A stretch of 64,000 nucleotides of DNA from a bacterium (GTDB lineage Bacteria > RBG-13-61-14 > DATKZS01): the NCBI GenBank assembly GCA_963674965.2, contig CAXXFL010000007.1:64001-128000 (forward strand), given 5' to 3'. Within the stretch, counting starts at the first letter, position 1. The number at the start of each line of letters is the position of its first letter. This document shows positions 60,857 through 64,000 of the stretch, in pieces. Position numbers and translations under genes: made by a program. The notes under the pieces were generated by a model. That model was not told where the DNA came from. It did not search any database and saw only the letters and a list, made by a program, of their open reading frames with translations.

Positions 60857-61468
60857 TCATCGGATGCCGTTGAAGACCATATTCAGTATCTCCTTTTTTA
60901 ATTTATCAATTTTATCCGGAGCATAGTAATCATCCCCCGTCATGGCGCCGAAAATGGGCGCGACAAAAAAGTAAAAGGAAGACATGGCGAGGATATTGAT
61001 GACCAAAAGGGGCAGGTCGGCCTTGATCTTGTCTTTATTGTCCCCATGCTCCGAGTCCTGGTTTCCGATATCTCCCAGCAGCCTGGTGAACATGGGTAGC
61101 CACACTTTTGGAATAAGCTCGGTATGAACAAGTTCATTACCCGATAGAACTTCCCTTGTGATAATGCTGGGGAATCTTTTATGCTCGGACCAGAAATCGA
61201 CCAGGATGGTAACCAGCAGGCGGATTCTTTCCTCCTGGCCCTCGGCGCTCATAACCGGCTCGCGCACTCTGTCCCTGAGTTTTTGATAGACGTCTTTTAT
61301 CAGGGTATCGTGGATGTCCTTTTTATTCTTAAAGTAGTAATAAAGCGCGGACTTCTGGATATTGACCCGCTCGGCGACGTCGTTCATGGAAACGCAATCG
61401 AATCCTTTTTCAGCGAAAAGTTCTTCCGCCGCCATGAGGATTTCTTCCTTTTTCGAATTGCCTTTCAT
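60857..61468 (-). CDS. TetR/AcrR family transcriptional regulator
   Basis: ILMAAEELFAEKGF..SMNDVAERV...ALYYYFKNK HTH; start ATG 61468. Confidence 0.93.
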   Translation of the reverse strand: MKGNSKKEEILMAAEELFAEKGFDCVSMNDVAERVNIQKSALYYYFKNKKDIHDTLIKDVYQKLRDRVREPVMSAEGQEERIRLLVTILVDFWSEHKRFPSIITREVLSGNELVHTELIPKVWLPMFTRLLGDIGNQDSEHGDNKDKIKADLPLLVINILAMSSFYFFVAPIFGAMTGDDYYAPDKIDKLKKEILNMVFNGIR

Positions 61469-61483
61469 AATTTGCCCAGATAA

Positions 61484-61505
61484 TTTTACTGAACGTTCAG
61501 TAAAA
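61484..61505. promoter_or_regulatory. Perfect 22-bp palindrome, probable TetR operator
   Basis: TTTTACTGAAC|GTTCAGTAAAA 15 nt upstream of the TetR start. Confidence 0.75.
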
Positions 61506-61705
61506 AAATGGCACAAACCAGTCGCGTTGTCAAGAAAAAAATCAATGAATAAAATGACGGGATACCTACCGGCGACCCACAGCGTCAAGGCAAAGCGGAC
61601 TATTAGATGGCCTGGCTTTTTTCGAAATGGCGATTATTATTCATAACATGGCGCTTAAGGCGGATAGTATGGAGGTCCCGCAATGAAAAATTTCAGCGGG
61701 TAAAT

Positions 61706-62650
61706 TTAAATAAACCATCTCAGCAGATACTTGGAGACGCTTCCGGGCATTTCATTTTTGAACTGCCTTAGAATGGAAAAAGCCCATGGAGCGAAAAGCA
61801 GGATGGATTTCGCTACGGGAAAAAAGATCGAGCCGGGCTTTTTGATCTCGAGGTTGTTTTCGCGCATGATTTTGGAGCCGATCAAGTTCATCCAGAAGTA
61901 GTCCTCCGGGCCGGGCTCGCTTTTCGGATCGCGGGGCATCTCGATATGGCCCGGGGCCACCATGGTGGCCAGATCGGTCCTACTCAATCCAAAGAAATCC
62001 AGCGCCCTGTCGAGTTCACCGCTCGGGTCATCCATCAGGCGTTCCACGTCGACCACAACCACCAGGTCCCCGCGCCGTTTTATGGCTTCCTCGATGGCGA
62101 TCATGTATCCTCGCCAGAGCAGGGCGCACGCGATGGGATGAAAAGGGATATCCTTTTGAGCCTTGTGGAATTTTATAAATCGGTAGGGATCGCATCGGAG
62201 AACGATAAAACGAGATCCGGGAAGGTAACGCAGTATTCTTTCCATCCAGTTTATATGATGTGGAGTTTTCTCGAAGACGACCTTTTTTCTTTCTCGGCGG
62301 GCAATTTCACGAGCCAGGGCCTTGAACGGCTCCTCCGGCGAGGCCGGTCTCGGGATATCAGCCAGCACCCTTTCGGCCATCGCCTTGAATCCCTCGAGGT
62401 CGAGGCTTTTAAGGCAACCTTCTTCTCCTCCTATGGTGGCGTCCCATTCGAAGCTTCGCCAGATTTGAAGGATTCTTCCAAGTTCTTTTTCACCGTATTT
62501 TCCGTTTTGATTCGGCTCGACCCAGAACCTGCCCCAGTAGCGGGACTGCCCGAAGACGGCCGCGTCGGGATGGGAGTTAATACATCGGCTGAGCCAGGTA
62601 ATCTCGCACCTGCTCATGCCCACGATAAAGTTGATCTCCACCTCTTGCAT
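61706..62650 (-). CDS. Sulfotransferase family protein (degenerate PAPS loop)
   Basis: FIVGMSRCEITWL...NSHPD, EKTPHH, E.L..DP pattern. Confidence 0.75.
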   Translation of the reverse strand: MQEVEINFIVGMSRCEITWLSRCINSHPDAAVFGQSRYWGRFWVEPNQNGKYGEKELGRILQIWRSFEWDATIGGEEGCLKSLDLEGFKAMAERVLADIPRPASPEEPFKALAREIARRERKKVVFEKTPHHINWMERILRYLPGSRFIVLRCDPYRFIKFHKAQKDIPFHPIACALLWRGYMIAIEEAIKRRGDLVVVVDVERLMDDPSGELDRALDFFGLSRTDLATMVAPGHIEMPRDPKSEPGPEDYFWMNLIGSKIMRENNLEIKKPGSIFFPVAKSILLFAPWAFSILRQFKNEMPGSVSKYLLRWFI

Positions 62651-62656
62651 GGGACG

Positions 62657-63586
62657 TTACCGATAAACGAACAGAAAAACTCCAGCCAAACCGGCGAGAA
62701 GGCACGCGCCGTTTACTAAAGCCAGGACCTTGTAATTACTCCATCCCCGGTTCAAGAGCCTCAGCCCGAAATGCGAGTCATCCCCTTGGAAGATTGATTT
62801 GCGCAACAATAGACGCCTGGCCGCCACGAAGGTCATCTCGAATAAAGGCGCGAAAAATAACAGAATGAGCGCCATGTTGTCAGCGCCGGCAAGGCGCGGG
62901 GCGATCCGGAGACCAAAGGCGATGAAAGCCGCGCCCAGGCAAAAAGAACCCACGTCGCCCATGAATACTTTGGCCGGTGGAAGGTTATAATAAAGAAAGC
63001 CCAAGGTCCCTCCCGCCAGTGCAAGGCTTGTCAGCAGCAAACCATGGTCTCCCGCCATAAGCGCGATTATGGAAAAACAGGCGCAGGTGAAAAAGGCCAG
63101 GCTTCCAGCCAGGCCGTCCATCACGTCCAGGAAGTTCCAGGCGTTGAGCAATAAAAGGCCCAGTACCAGCGGGACAATAAAGCCAACCGTCGGCGATCCG
63201 AAAATGGAGAAGTCACGGGCGTTCATTACAAGCAAAGACGCGGCCATGGCCTGCACCGCCAGTTGGAAGAATGGCGAGACCGGGGTTTGAACCTTGTCCT
63301 TGTAAAGGGCAAGGACGGCTAAAATCAGGACGGCAAGAGCGGCGTAAAGCCAGAACGGGTCAAGAAGGAAGCCGCACGCGGTTGAGACAAGAAGGAACCC
63401 GATGGCGAAGGCCGTCCCGCCCAGGAGCGGAACGGGCTCGTTATGAGTGGCCACGTCGTCGTTGGCCGGCGCTATAAATTCGAACTTTTTCGCCAGCCCT
63501 ATCGCCAAAGGCATGGAAAACAAGGCCAGCGCGGAGCAGGCCGCAAAGATTAACCCCGCCAGTACCAAGGCGACCTCGGTATTCAT
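62657..63586 (-). CDS. MraY/WecA-family polyprenyl-phosphate sugar-1-phosphate transferase
   Basis: H..PVPLLGG, NAWNFLDVMDGLAG, YNLPPAKVFMGDVGS, D.SH. Confidence 0.9.
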   Translation of the reverse strand: MNTEVALVLAGLIFAACSALALFSMPLAIGLAKKFEFIAPANDDVATHNEPVPLLGGTAFAIGFLLVSTACGFLLDPFWLYAALAVLILAVLALYKDKVQTPVSPFFQLAVQAMAASLLVMNARDFSIFGSPTVGFIVPLVLGLLLLNAWNFLDVMDGLAGSLAFFTCACFSIIALMAGDHGLLLTSLALAGGTLGFLYYNLPPAKVFMGDVGSFCLGAAFIAFGLRIAPRLAGADNMALILLFFAPLFEMTFVAARRLLLRKSIFQGDDSHFGLRLLNRGWSNYKVLALVNGACLLAGLAGVFLFVYR

Positions 63587-63587
63587 T

Positions 63588-64000
63588 TCAAACCGTGGGC
63601 GCGCTTTTCTCGCGGCGTGGAGAACGTGAAGCAGCGCCGGCTTTTTTATCAGGCGCGGCCTGGGACTCCCGTCTTTGGAAAAGGTCCTTGATCCCTTGCT
63701 CGGGGGAAACTCGCGGCGCGTATCCCATCATCCTGGCGGCTTTTGAGTAATCGGCCAGTCTTTTTATCTGGCCGCAGGAGATCGATTCGTCGACTATCAG
63801 TTCGACATCGGGAACGACTTCTCTCACCCACTGGGCCACCTCGAGTACCGTCGCCTCTTGACCGCACCCGATATTGAAGGCCTGATGCCGTCCCGCCTCC
63901 ATTTTAAGTCCCAATGATAAAATGATCGCGTCGACCACGTCGTCAACGTGGGTGAGGTCCACCGTTTGTTTGCCATCGCCGAAAATGACGAGCGGCTCCC
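63588..64000 (-). CDS. NAD-dependent epimerase/dehydratase (5' end off the window)
   Basis: IFGDGKQTVDLTHVDDVVDA, FNIGCG, ADYSKA..MGY.P. Confidence 0.88.
   Translation of the reverse strand, partial: EPLVIFGDGKQTVDLTHVDDVVDAIILSLGLKMEAGRHQAFNIGCGQEATVLEVAQWVREVVPDVELIVDESISCGQIKRLADYSKAARMMGYAPRVSPEQGIKDLFQRRESQAAPDKKAGAASRSPRREKSAPTV

Overview
GC-rich bacterial chromosome segment whose gene content and protein sequences look deltaproteobacterial (inference). Positions 1-20.5 kb hold the core minus-strand transcription/translation supercluster: rlmB, tRNA-Thr/Tyr/Gly/Thr, tuf, rpmG, tRNA-Trp, secE, nusG, rplK, rplA, rplJ, rplL, rpoB, rpoC, rpsL, rpsG, fusA, a second identical tuf, rpsJ and rplD. 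rplC is missing from its usual place between rpsJ and rplD, and EF-Tu has a non-canonical, insertion-bearing switch I. The remainder is a patchwork of metabolic and envelope genes: two exported SRPBCC-like proteins, a GT2 plus GT-C glycosylation pair, an AlkP-family enzyme with cysC, an MCP with nested duplicated dCache modules, GTP-PEPCK with a terminator-containing leader, a PAS hybrid kinase, apbE, a Ycf46-like AAA ATPase, moeA/moaC, an exported FGE/C-lectin-fold gene bracketed by two near-identical ~126-bp REPIN-like direct repeats (candidate mobile cassette or remote DGR target), a udg-nfeD-3xSPFH cluster, a Zn-PLC-like gene with a radical SAM gene, an N-terminally truncated BglII/BstYI nuclease, a TetR-lipoprotein-Tat flavoprotein-ferredoxin-amidase cluster, and the end of a surface-glycan operon. 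No CRISPR array, rRNA, transposase, integrase or reverse transcriptase is visible.
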